Positions 8,519 to 19,059 of a DNA stretch of 64,000 bases are shown one piece after another. The notes beneath the pieces were generated by a model. It searched no databases. It saw only the letters and a list, made by a program, of their open reading frames with translations, and was not told the origin of the DNA. Both the position numbers and the translations under genes were made by a program. Every line of letters begins with the position of its first letter. Positions within the stretch are counted from its first letter, which is position 1. Location of the stretch: positions 1 to 64,000 of the forward strand of contig CAWETI010000002.1 in assembly GCA_963812015.1 (NCBI GenBank). Reading direction: 5' to 3'. The DNA is from an uncultured delta proteobacterium. GTDB lineage: Bacteria; Desulfobacterota; Desulfobaccia; Desulfobaccales; 0-14-0-80-60-11.

Positions 8519-9450
8519 GCGTGACTACCCCCAGCAAACTGCAGAAAATCATCGCGTCGGGCAATTTCGCCCTCACTTCCGAGGTCGGTCCCCCACGGAG
8601 CGCCGATGGCAAGGCGGTTGAGGAAAAAGCCAACCTGATCAAGGATTATGTCGATGCCATCAACGTCACCGACAACCAGACCGCAGTCTGCCGGATCTCC
8701 AGCCTGGCCTGCTGCATTCGGCTCAAGCTCATGGGGCTGGAGCCGGTCCTCCAGATGGTGACCCGGGACCGCAACCGCATCGCTCTCCAGAGCGATATCC
8801 TGGGGGCGGCCTCCTTCGGCATTAACAACATGCTCTGCCTCACCGGCGACCACCAGCAATTCGGGGACCACCCCAAGGCCACCAACGTCTTTGACCTGGA
8901 TTCCATCCAGCTCATCCAGACCGTGAAGATGATGCGGGATGAAGGCCGGCTGTTGGGCGGTCACGAATTTGACGTCCGCCCCCAGATGTTCATCGGGGCG
9001 GCGGCCAACCCCTTCGCCGGTCCCAACGTCGCCATGCGGGTGGCCCGGCTGGCCAAAAAAGTGGCCGCCGGGGTGCAGTTCGTCCAGACCCAATGCATCT
9101 ATAACCTGGATAAATTCAAAGAGTTCATGAAAATAGTGGTGGACCGGGGTCTCCACGAAAAAGTGTCCGTCATGGCGGGGATCACCCCCATGAAAGGCGT
9201 AGGTATGGCCAAATATATGCAAAAACGGGTGCCCGGCATGGATGTTCCCGATGAGATCATACGCCGCATGGGTGGCGTTCCCAAGGATAAGCAGGCCGAA
9301 GAAGGCCTGACCCTGGCGGTGGAACAGATCGAGGAACTGAAGAGCGTTGAAGGCCTCCGGGGGTTCCACATCATGGCCATCGAGTGGGAAGAAAAAGTCC
9401 CGGAAATGGTGAAACGGGCCGGCCTCTATCCCAGACCCCAAGTGGCTTAA
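8515..9450 (+). CDS. metF: 5,10-methylenetetrahydrofolate reductase
   Basis: TSEVGPP, NVTDN, RDRNRIALQS, LCLTGDH, KKVAAG-x-FVQTQ. Confidence 0.95.
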   Translation: MSVTTPSKLQKIIASGNFALTSEVGPPRSADGKAVEEKANLIKDYVDAINVTDNQTAVCRISSLACCIRLKLMGLEPVLQMVTRDRNRIALQSDILGAASFGINNMLCLTGDHQQFGDHPKATNVFDLDSIQLIQTVKMMRDEGRLLGGHEFDVRPQMFIGAAANPFAGPNVAMRVARLAKKVAAGVQFVQTQCIYNLDKFKEFMKIVVDRGLHEKVSVMAGITPMKGVGMAKYMQKRVPGMDVPDEIIRRMGGVPKDKQAEEGLTLAVEQIEELKSVEGLRGFHIMAIEWEEKVPEMVKRAGLYPRPQVA

Positions 9451-9630
9451 GCCTTACTCCTTGCCCCAAGGCTCCAGAGGCGGCATGAACCTGGTAAGGG
9501 CGTGAACGGAAAGGTTTCATGTCCGGATAGTGCCTGGGGGAGCCGTAGTTAGATTACTTTAACCAACCGGCATGAATCCGGCGGCTTGGGGAAAATTCCA
9601 CCGGATCAGCCTCAATGGCCATAAAGTCCC

Positions 9631-9666
9631 GGAGGGGGGCGCCCGCCTGGCGCCTCCTTCCCTTTT
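9631..9666 (+). terminator. Putative intrinsic terminator after metF
   Basis: GGAGGGGGGCGCC-CGCCT-GGCGCCTCCTTCC followed by CTTTT. Confidence 0.5.
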
Positions 9667-9969
9667 CCAGACAACCGCTTGGGCTCTGAGGGGTGTGCGC
9701 CTCTAACCCGGCCCCGCCTCAACTGCACCGGTTTGACCCGCTCGGCCGGCGCGCACGATTCCCCTGCACTTCCAGTTGGGCCATGACGTCTGGCGCGGCC
9801 GGCGCCCCCGATGACAGCCTGACGCAGGCCATCTTGCCAAACTGTTTGACAAGGCGAAATATTTTTATAAAATTTAATCAGCGTCACTGAAGAGGCCTGT
9901 AAGGCTTTCCATCCAGCAATGAGCGCGGCGGGGACAGAAAACCCCTGCCCCAGACAATAAGGAGAAGGT

Positions 9970-10467
9970 ATGAGCAAAGTTAAGAATGGCGATTTCGTCC
10001 AATTGCACTACACCGGCACCCTAGAAGACGGCACGGTATTTGACAGCAGTGAAGGCCGCACCCCCCTGGAATTTCAGGTGGGTGGCGGGGGCATTATTCA
10101 GGGCTTCAATGACTCGGTCATCGATATGGCCATAGAGGAAGAGAAGAAAGTCGTCCTCGCCCCGGACCAGGCTTATGGCCAACCCCGGGAGGACCTGAAG
10201 CGGGAATTCCCCGCCTCGATGTTGGAGGGCCACGAGATCACGGTGGGGCAGCAGCTGCAGTTCTCCAGCCCCCACGGCCCCGTGTCCGGCACGGTGTTGA
10301 GCATCGAGCCCGAGAAATTCGTGGTGGACTTTAATCATCCCCTGGCGGGGCAGACGCTGGAGTTCCAGATCAAAATCGTGGGCATCAGCGACGCACCCAC
10401 CCAGGCCCAGGGTGGGTGCTCCTGCACTCCTTCCTCCTGCTCCTCCGGCTGCGACTCCTGCGGCTAA
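9970..10467 (+). CDS. slyD: FKBP-type peptidyl-prolyl isomerase with Cys-rich tail
   Basis: HYTGTLEDGTVFDSS, VVDFNHPLAG; tail GGCSCTPSSCSSGCDSCG; TTGACA...TAAAAT promoter at 9846-9873. Confidence 0.92.
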   Translation: MSKVKNGDFVQLHYTGTLEDGTVFDSSEGRTPLEFQVGGGGIIQGFNDSVIDMAIEEEKKVVLAPDQAYGQPREDLKREFPASMLEGHEITVGQQLQFSSPHGPVSGTVLSIEPEKFVVDFNHPLAGQTLEFQIKIVGISDAPTQAQGGCSCTPSSCSSGCDSCG

Positions 10468-10486
10468 TTTAGCCGGGGCTAAAAAT

Positions 10487-10524
10487 CAGGGGATGACACC
10501 TGGATCATCGGGTGCCATCCCCTG
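10487..10524. terminator. Hairpin between convergent slyD and the Spy-like gene
   Basis: CAGGGGATGACACC ... GGTGCCATCCCCTG inverted repeat. Confidence 0.55.
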
Positions 10525-10641
10525 CAGCATTTCAGGGAGCCCTGGCGACAGGCCTCCTCTCCTAAACGTGCGCCTGGGGCCTGGCCTCGGAAAACCACGC
10601 CGCACCTTCCGAAGGCGGGGAGAAGGGCGCGGCGTTGGCGG

Positions 10642-11202
10642 TTATTGGGTTACCGGCGGATTGTTGGACGGGGTATTGTCCTGATTGGCGCGGCCGCCGC
10701 CCCGGGGACCCATGCCGGGTCCCCCCCGGCGGCCGCCGCCATGCCGGCCGGGGCCACAGCCCAGGCGGGTTTGTACCAGGTTCAAAAAAGCGGCGTGCTG
10801 TTCGGGAGTCAAGTTCTTTTTGAATTCCAGCAAAAACCGCGCCATCTCTTCTTCCAGGCTGCCTTGCAAGGTGTTGATCTCCTGGATCTTGGCCTGGATG
10901 GCGCTCCAGGGGGTCGATTCCCCCTGGATCAGGTCGAAGAGCTCCTGGCGCTTTTGGGCCAGCTCCTGCCGGACTGCCTTCACCTTCTGATGGTGCTCCG
11001 GAAACAGGCGGCGCAAGGCCTGGCGCTGGGACTCGTCCATCTTGAGTTCCCGCCACAAGGCCCGCAGGGGCGGCGGCGGGAGCCCCCGGCCGGCGACCTG
11101 CTCGCCGTGCTCTTGGTAGCGCAGGTAGACGATGGTGCCGATGGTCCCCAGATTCAGCGCCAGGGAGAAAATCACCAGATAGATGAGCCAATTTCGCTTC
11201 AC
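10642..11202 (-). CDS. Periplasmic heavy-metal-sensor / Spy-CpxP-ZraP-like protein
   Basis: N-terminal anchor FSLALNLG, helical body, LTPEQ motif, Gly-rich tail. Confidence 0.8.
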   Translation of the reverse strand: MKRNWLIYLVIFSLALNLGTIGTIVYLRYQEHGEQVAGRGLPPPPLRALWRELKMDESQRQALRRLFPEHHQKVKAVRQELAQKRQELFDLIQGESTPWSAIQAKIQEINTLQGSLEEEMARFLLEFKKNLTPEQHAAFLNLVQTRLGCGPGRHGGGRRGGPGMGPRGGGRANQDNTPSNNPPVTQ

Positions 11203-11636
11203 TTGAGGGTACCGTTGCCTTCTTCGGGCTGATAAGACGCCATCACCGTGCCCAGGGACCCCTGGGGAAAGTCATGGAACACCTCCAGGCTGGCTACATC
11301 CGCCCCGTTGTCGCTGGGCGTCGCCGCGCCATAAAAACCCCGGGCCATGGTGCCGCCTAAGGCGACCCCCAGGACCAGACAGGCGGCCAGGGCCACGGAC
11401 TGCCACCACTGCCGGCGGCGGGGCGGCCGCAGCCGGGCCGCCACTTTCTCGGCCAGGCCCATGGGCGCCGGCGCCGCCAGGTCGCCCAGGGCGGCGTCCA
11501 GGGCCGTTAACTTTCGCCATTCCCTCCGGCAGGCCGCACACCTCTCCAGATGGGCCTCCACTGCGGCCCCGGCGGCCTCGGCCAGCTCGTAATCCAGCCA
11601 GGCGGATAGTTGTTCTTGTACTTCGTGGCATTCCAT
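11199..11636 (-). CDS. Zinc-finger (zf-HC2) anti-sigma factor
   Basis: MEC...LSAWLD...HLERCAAC (HxxxCxxC) followed by one TM segment; start chosen at ATG 11636. Confidence 0.85.
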   Translation of the reverse strand: MECHEVQEQLSAWLDYELAEAAGAAVEAHLERCAACRREWRKLTALDAALGDLAAPAPMGLAEKVAARLRPPRRRQWWQSVALAACLVLGVALGGTMARGFYGAATPSDNGADVASLEVFHDFPQGSLGTVMASYQPEEGNGTLK

Positions 11637-11862
11637 GGCAGTTCGTTTCCCCGAAAAAATTTCTCTTTTACTCATTAAAACACCATACGTGAGGAAATCC
11701 GGCGCGCCAAGAACAATTTTTGCAGCCGGGGCGCCCAGGGAGACGCCCTCACCGGGCAACCTCCCTCTCCCTGCCTTCCTTGACGGGTTCGCCCGCCATG
11801 ATTACTTTACACCAAACAAAATACGCACGCATGCCCCAACCGGGGGCCAAGGGAGGGAAGTT

Positions 11863-12147
11863 ATGTTATCGCAGCTACCGGCGGATTTTTCCAAAGTCGC
11901 CAAAAAAAATCTCAATCAGGAAATACTCCGGGCGGCCATCATCGCCGAACTGGACGCCATCAACTTCTATGAGCAGATGGCGGCCCTTACCGATGACGGC
12001 GACATCAAAAAGGTCCTCCTGGACATCGCCCGGGAGGAAAAAACCCACGTGGGGGAATTCCAGACCATGCTGCTCCGGTTTGATGCCGAACAGGTCAAGG
12101 AAATGGACCACGCCAAAAAAGAAATCAAGGAGCTCACCGGGAAGTAA
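11863..12147 (+). CDS. Short ferritin-like protein (encapsulated-ferritin/rubrerythrin half-bundle type)
   Basis: ELDAINFYEQ...AREEKTHVGEF; RBS GGAGGG; TTGACG-17-TACTTT promoter at 11780-11808; terminator at 12174-12202. Confidence 0.85.
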   Translation: MLSQLPADFSKVAKKNLNQEILRAAIIAELDAINFYEQMAALTDDGDIKKVLLDIAREEKTHVGEFQTMLLRFDAEQVKEMDHAKKEIKELTGK

Positions 12148-12402
12148 CGCCGCGGCCGCAACCGTTTGAACCCATCCCCCTCTCACCCAGGGGGATTTTT
12201 TTGGCCCCAGGTCGTCAAACTCCCTCGGGCAACCACCGGGAAGACGCCCGGGCCAGGCCGGGGGCGGGGCGACGCTGAGTGCCATGCTCTTCGGGGCGAG
12301 CAGCTCATGGACCTGCATGAGATTAGCCTATTATGAAATTTATGAAATTGCCGGTGGGGCACAAAATTGTCGACAGCATCTGACAAACCCGACCCCACCC
12401 CC

Positions 12403-12957
12403 TCATAAATAATCCTGCAAGGCCTTCTTCAGGAACTGCCGGGCCCGTTTCAGCAGGCCGTCCACCGCCTGGGGGCTGAGGCCCATTTCCTCGGCAATCT
12501 CCTGGTAGGAAAGCCCGGCGAAGCGCTTCAGGACCAAGGCCCGACGCTGGTTCTCCGGGAGGGCGTCCAGCAACTGCTCCAGCTGGCGGCTCAGGTCCTG
12601 CTCCTCCAGGGCCTGAAGGGGGGTGGCTCCGGAATCCGCCAGGCCCGGAGCATCCTCCTGGTCCAGGGATTCCTGGGGATGGCGCTGGCGCAGGAGGTTC
12701 AGGCAGTGGTTGGCGGTGATGCGGTGCAGCCAGCTGCTCACCTTCGCATGGGGCTCAAAGCGGTGGGCGTGCTCGTAAACCTTGAGAAAGACCTCTTGTA
12801 AGGCGTCTTCCGCCTCCAGGGGGTCTTTTAAGAGGCGGTAGGCCACCTGATAAAGGCGGCCCTGATGCCGGCGGATGAGTTCCGCCAGGGCGGCCTGGTC
12901 TCCTTGGGCCACCCGCCGGAGCACCGCATAATCCAGATCGGTGGGCTCGGAGGTCAA
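12403..12957 (-). CDS. ECF sigma-70 factor
   Basis: AEDALQEVFLK, SWLHRITAN (region 2); LSYQEIAEEMG (region 4). Confidence 0.92.
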   Translation of the reverse strand: MTSEPTDLDYAVLRRVAQGDQAALAELIRRHQGRLYQVAYRLLKDPLEAEDALQEVFLKVYEHAHRFEPHAKVSSWLHRITANHCLNLLRQRHPQESLDQEDAPGLADSGATPLQALEEQDLSRQLEQLLDALPENQRRALVLKRFAGLSYQEIAEEMGLSPQAVDGLLKRARQFLKKALQDYL

Positions 12958-13319
12958 AACAGGGTGAGGCAGACGAGGTCGTCCTTCTTGCAGGCCCGGA
13001 GCTTTTCCATGTGGCGCAGCGGCGCGAATTCCCGGCGCAGCTCATCTTCGGTCAGCCCCAGGTGGACGCAGGCCTCGGGAATCGGCACCTCGCCCCGTTC
13101 TTTCACCAGGTCGTAAAGCTTTTGCTGGAGCGGGGTCAAGCTGTGCCCCCCCGGCAGGTCCTTGAGACTCTTGGCGGTATGCACCGCCCAGGGGTCGCAG
13201 ACCTTGGTGGGGCTTAAGGCGTCCATGTAACAGTCCTCGCAGAGTTCCTGCCCGCGATATTCCCGGACTTCGGCGGGATCAATCGCGCCGGCGCACTTGG
13301 CACACCTCTGGTTCGTCAT
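12954..13319 (-). CDS. Hypothetical protein with CxxC...CxxC zinc finger and winged-helix-like C-terminus
   Basis: CAKC...CEDC...CDPWAV; RBS GGAGGT; stop overlaps the sigma factor start. Confidence 0.75.
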   Translation of the reverse strand: MTNQRCAKCAGAIDPAEVREYRGQELCEDCYMDALSPTKVCDPWAVHTAKSLKDLPGGHSLTPLQQKLYDLVKERGEVPIPEACVHLGLTEDELRREFAPLRHMEKLRACKKDDLVCLTLF

Positions 13320-13498
13320 GCCACGTCACCTCCGTACTCTTAGGTGCTGGAACCGCCAGGAGTTAAGTCGCCCCTCGCCACGCTGTTGGCCCGGCGGGCA
13401 GGCCCCGGTAAGGCGGGAAATAAAGGGGGGCGGTGCGGACACCGCCCCTCCGCCCCCGGATACCGGGCGAGACAAGCTCCGGACACCGGGTTACGCAC

Positions 13499-13903
13499 CT
13501 ATAATTCGTAAGTCCCTTCCATCTCCAGGACAAATTCGCCGTGCTTGTCCGACGGTTTCACGACAAAAGTGCCGCTCCCCTTAACCCCGGCCAATTTGCC
13601 GATGCCTTTGTAAACCTCCCATTTACCCTTGGTCGTGGCGCCCTGCTTTTCCCCCTGAAAGCGGGAGTAAACCCCGCCATTCTGGTAAATAGTGGAGGCA
13701 TAGCCAGTCATGGGCCCGTCGCCTTTGACCCGGTCATGGAAGCCAACGCTGCGACGGGAAACAAATTCACCGGCTACTCCGGGGGTGTAATTAATGGGCT
13801 CACCCTCCATCTCGGTGAGCATCAAGGTGTGATCGGGGACATCGCCAACCGAGAGCATTTCCCGGCGAGTGACAAAAATTTTGAAGCTGGCCTTGCGCTG
13901 CAT
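13499..13903 (-). CDS. Hypothetical beta-rich protein
   Basis: RBS AAGGAGG; GIGKLAGVKGSGT motif; terminator-like hairpin downstream at about 13418-13449. Confidence 0.7.
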   Translation of the reverse strand: MQRKASFKIFVTRREMLSVGDVPDHTLMLTEMEGEPINYTPGVAGEFVSRRSVGFHDRVKGDGPMTGYASTIYQNGGVYSRFQGEKQGATTKGKWEVYKGIGKLAGVKGSGTFVVKPSDKHGEFVLEMEGTYEL

Positions 13904-13974
13904 GGTATTCCCTCCTTAGACAGTGAGGCGGTTATGGATGCAAGCCGTGGTCTCGCTCCTGGTTCCTTTAGATA

Positions 13975-16437
<2,463 letters not shown>

Positions 16438-16893
16438 TCAATTCTCGGGGATCTTAATGGTGCCGCGGATCAGATCGTTCATGGTTTGGGGCTTGGCCAG
16501 GCTCTGGCAGAGCAGCTCCTTGACCCCCCGGACGAAATGGTCGCGATCCACCGGTTGATGGGTCCCCATCACAATATTTATATCAGGAAATTCACGTTTT
16601 ATCAATGTCGTATAGGGCTTGATAAAGGGGCATAACGCTACCATACAAAATGACAGGTGCAGCGCATCTATGCGGAACTCGGCTAACGCCCGGACTCTTT
16701 TAAGAATCTTCTCCGGCGCGGCAAGAGTGGGACACCCGGCGCAATTAATGATGCCAATTAAATCCAGCGGTTCATCTTGGGGATATGGCTCGAACCAGCC
16801 CCGGCGTTTCCGCATATCGCCGAGACATACTACGGAAGCACAGTTCGTTTCTTGAGTGCAATTGGAGCAGGTAAGAATACCGATACGAGCCAT
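16438..16893 (-). CDS. CGGC-domain metal-binding protein
   Basis: IGILTCSNC...CASVVC...INCAGCP...HLSFC...CP...MGTH. Confidence 0.8.
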   Translation of the reverse strand: MARIGILTCSNCTQETNCASVVCLGDMRKRRGWFEPYPQDEPLDLIGIINCAGCPTLAAPEKILKRVRALAEFRIDALHLSFCMVALCPFIKPYTTLIKREFPDINIVMGTHQPVDRDHFVRGVKELLCQSLAKPQTMNDLIRGTIKIPEN

Positions 16894-16897
16894 AAAA

Positions 16898-16929
16898 CAG
16901 TTTCCGGTTTTCTATGTTCGGTTTTCGGT
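16898..16929. repeat. Heptamer array (CGGTTTT)n, left arm of an inverted repeat
   Basis: CAGTTTC CGGTTTT CTATGTT CGGTTTT CGGT; complementary to 17498-17529. Confidence 0.7.
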
Positions 16930-16967
16930 ATGAGATTGTGGTAATGTGATATTATTGGAACAACACA

Positions 16968-17459
16968 CTACTTTTTGACCCGCGGCACAACTTTAATCCC
17001 GAACATCACTTCACCGTAGCCGCCGCAAGCGACGCCCACATCCAGGCAGCGGACCGAATGCATGAAATGAAACTGGTTGGGGTCCAGCCCTTCGCTCAAG
17101 CGCTCGTTGATGAGGGCAACCGGCACCGCCAACTGCGATATGGCGTACACACACAGTCTGGGAGGACAGAACTTGGTGAGGAAATTGCCGTCCACATCCA
17201 GGATAAATTTATCCCCCTCCTGGTAGCCGGAATTGCAGTGCCGGGCCCGCACCACCTCGGCTTGGATGGAATAGCAGGCCGCGGCCCGGCCCAGCCGCTC
17301 CATTTGCCGCAGCCGGGGGTCTCCGGCCTGGAATTCCTTCAGGTCCGCCTCGGTGTAACCCACCTTGGCTCCGAAACGCTTGAGATCCTTTGGCTCTTCT
17401 TTATCTTCCATAAGGTCCGTAAATGGTGGGCCATGCCCACCCAACATTTTATCACTCAT
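16968..17459 (-). CDS. Hypothetical Cys-containing protein (start could be ATG 17411)
   Basis: HCNSGY...GDKFILD...LCVYA...CLDVG..CGG.G motif pattern; GC-rich codon usage. Confidence 0.7.
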   Translation of the reverse strand: MSDKMLGGHGPPFTDLMEDKEEPKDLKRFGAKVGYTEADLKEFQAGDPRLRQMERLGRAAACYSIQAEVVRARHCNSGYQEGDKFILDVDGNFLTKFCPPRLCVYAISQLAVPVALINERLSEGLDPNQFHFMHSVRCLDVGVACGGYGEVMFGIKVVPRVKK

Positions 17460-17497
17460 AACCTTCAGCGGGGGACATCACGGCGCTACCTGCTTTT

Positions 17498-17529
17498 ACC
17501 GAAAACCGAAAACCCGTAACCGAAAACCG
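17498..17529. repeat. Heptamer array (AAAACCG)n, right arm of an inverted repeat
   Basis: ACCG AAAACCG AAAACCC GTAACCG AAAACCG immediately after the dnaN stop. Confidence 0.75.
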
Positions 17530-17533
17530 TCTT

Positions 17534-18724
17534 TTAAAGGCTCATGGGCATGATGATGCTGAAGTAGTGGGGGTCCGTCTGGTCCACCAGGCAACAGGGG
17601 CGGTCCTTTTCGTTGACTTTAAGGATCACCATATCGCTGGTCATGGCGTTCAACGGCTCCAGGAAATACCGGGCGTTGAAGCCGATCTCCATGGGAAGGG
17701 CCTGGGCGTCGCCCTGTTCCATGAACAGGCCCACCACTTCCCGGCCTTCCCCCACCTCCGGGTTGTTGAAGGTGACTTCCAGGTGGTCCGGCATGAGCTT
17801 CAGGATCACGCCTTTGAAGCGCTCCGTGGACAACAGGGCAATCCGCCGGATGGTGTCGAACAAAAGGCGCCGGTTGATGGCGAAGCTATAGGCGAAGCTC
17901 TCCGGGATGATGCGCCGGTAGTCGGGAAATTTCTTGTCCAGGAGCAGCCGGATGAAGAGGTATTTGTCGTCGGCTTTTAAAGCCAGGCTCTGCTTGCCCA
18001 GCCCCAGGGAGACGTGCTCCTCTTCGGCCAGGAAGCGGATCACTTCCGCCATGCCTTTCCGGGGGATGAGGATGCCTTTGGCGATGGGAAATTGGCCGGA
18101 CTCCTGGAGGGGGCGTTCAATCAGGGTGAGGCGGTGGCCGTCGGTGGAGATGAGGCGCAGCCAATAGTCCAGGTCCGATTCAACCTCAGCCCCTTCCTCC
18201 GCCAATGATTCCGCCTGGGCCCCACCCCGGGGAAATCCCACCCGCTCCCAGAAGATGCTGGAGAGATGGTACTGCAGGTCGTCGGCCGAGACGGAAAAGA
18301 TGGTCTTTTCGATCATCTCCTTGACCATGCGGGATTCCACCTGCACCAGCTCCTGGTCGGTAATCTCCGGGACCGGGGGAAACTGGTCCGCCGGCAGGCC
18401 GTGGAGTTGGTACCGGGCATCCCCTTCCTGGATCTTCAGGTTGGAATTTTCCGTGCCCGTCAGGTCCAGGGTCTCACCCGGCAACTCTTTGATCAGGTTG
18501 TAGAGATAGTGGGCCTGGACGGTGATGGCCCCGTGTTCCATCACCTCCGCCGGGTAGAAACCCCGGAAACTCACCTCCAGGTCGGTGGCGGAAACGACCA
18601 CCCGGTTTTCATCGGTCTGCAGGAGAAAATTAGCCAGGATGGGCATGGTGCCCCGGCGGTCCACCACCCCCAGGGTCCGCCCCACTCCCTTCAACAAGGT
18701 TTCCCGATCGATCTTCAGGCGCAT
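17534..18724 (-). CDS. dnaN: DNA polymerase III beta sliding clamp
   Basis: MPILAN, SATDLE, STDGHRL, FPDYRRIIP, IGFNARY, IMPM. Confidence 0.97.
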   Translation of the reverse strand: MRLKIDRETLLKGVGRTLGVVDRRGTMPILANFLLQTDENRVVVSATDLEVSFRGFYPAEVMEHGAITVQAHYLYNLIKELPGETLDLTGTENSNLKIQEGDARYQLHGLPADQFPPVPEITDQELVQVESRMVKEMIEKTIFSVSADDLQYHLSSIFWERVGFPRGGAQAESLAEEGAEVESDLDYWLRLISTDGHRLTLIERPLQESGQFPIAKGILIPRKGMAEVIRFLAEEEHVSLGLGKQSLALKADDKYLFIRLLLDKKFPDYRRIIPESFAYSFAINRRLLFDTIRRIALLSTERFKGVILKLMPDHLEVTFNNPEVGEGREVVGLFMEQGDAQALPMEIGFNARYFLEPLNAMTSDMVILKVNEKDRPCCLVDQTDPHYFSIIMPMSL

Positions 18725-18729
18725 ATTTC

Positions 18730-18910
18730 TTTTCTCCTAAAAGATTAGAAATCTAATCGAATTAATAAGTACCCAGCGGTTGGTCGATAAGTAAGCCAAG
18801 TATTTAATTTTCCACACACTGTTATCTACAAAGAATAATTCCTACCTTGATGCGCTCGCCGGGTTATGCGTAACCGGCTCCAAGTCAGCCTCGGGGGCCT
18901 GTCGAAAAGT
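18730..18910. other. Putative replication origin (oriC-like) upstream of dnaN
   Basis: TTTTCCACA (18808-18816, matches TTWTNCACA), TTATCTACA (18822-18830), TGTCGAAAA (18900-18908), GGTCGATAA (18782-18790); AT-rich tract toward dnaN. Confidence 0.55.
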
Positions 18911-19009
18911 GAGTCAGTTGGACATATTTTCTTCAAGGTGCGGTTGACATCCAAATTCTCATGCTTAAATAAAATATTTTAGGGTGATCCAGCGGGTCCC
19001 CCAGTTTTC

Positions 19010-19036
19010 CTCGTTCCCAAGTTGTACTTGGGAACG
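19010..19036. repeat. REP-like palindrome
   Basis: CT-CGTTCCCAAG-TTGTA-CTTGGGAACG. Confidence 0.6.
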
Positions 19037-19059
19037 CCGTTATCTCCCCCGCTTGACCC

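Noticed and set aside
9637..9655. GCCCGCCTGG resembling the 3' motif of the ZTP riboswitch
   Set aside because: There is no upstream GACTGGCG/GGTGGG P1 partner; the motif is the loop region of a terminator-like hairpin.
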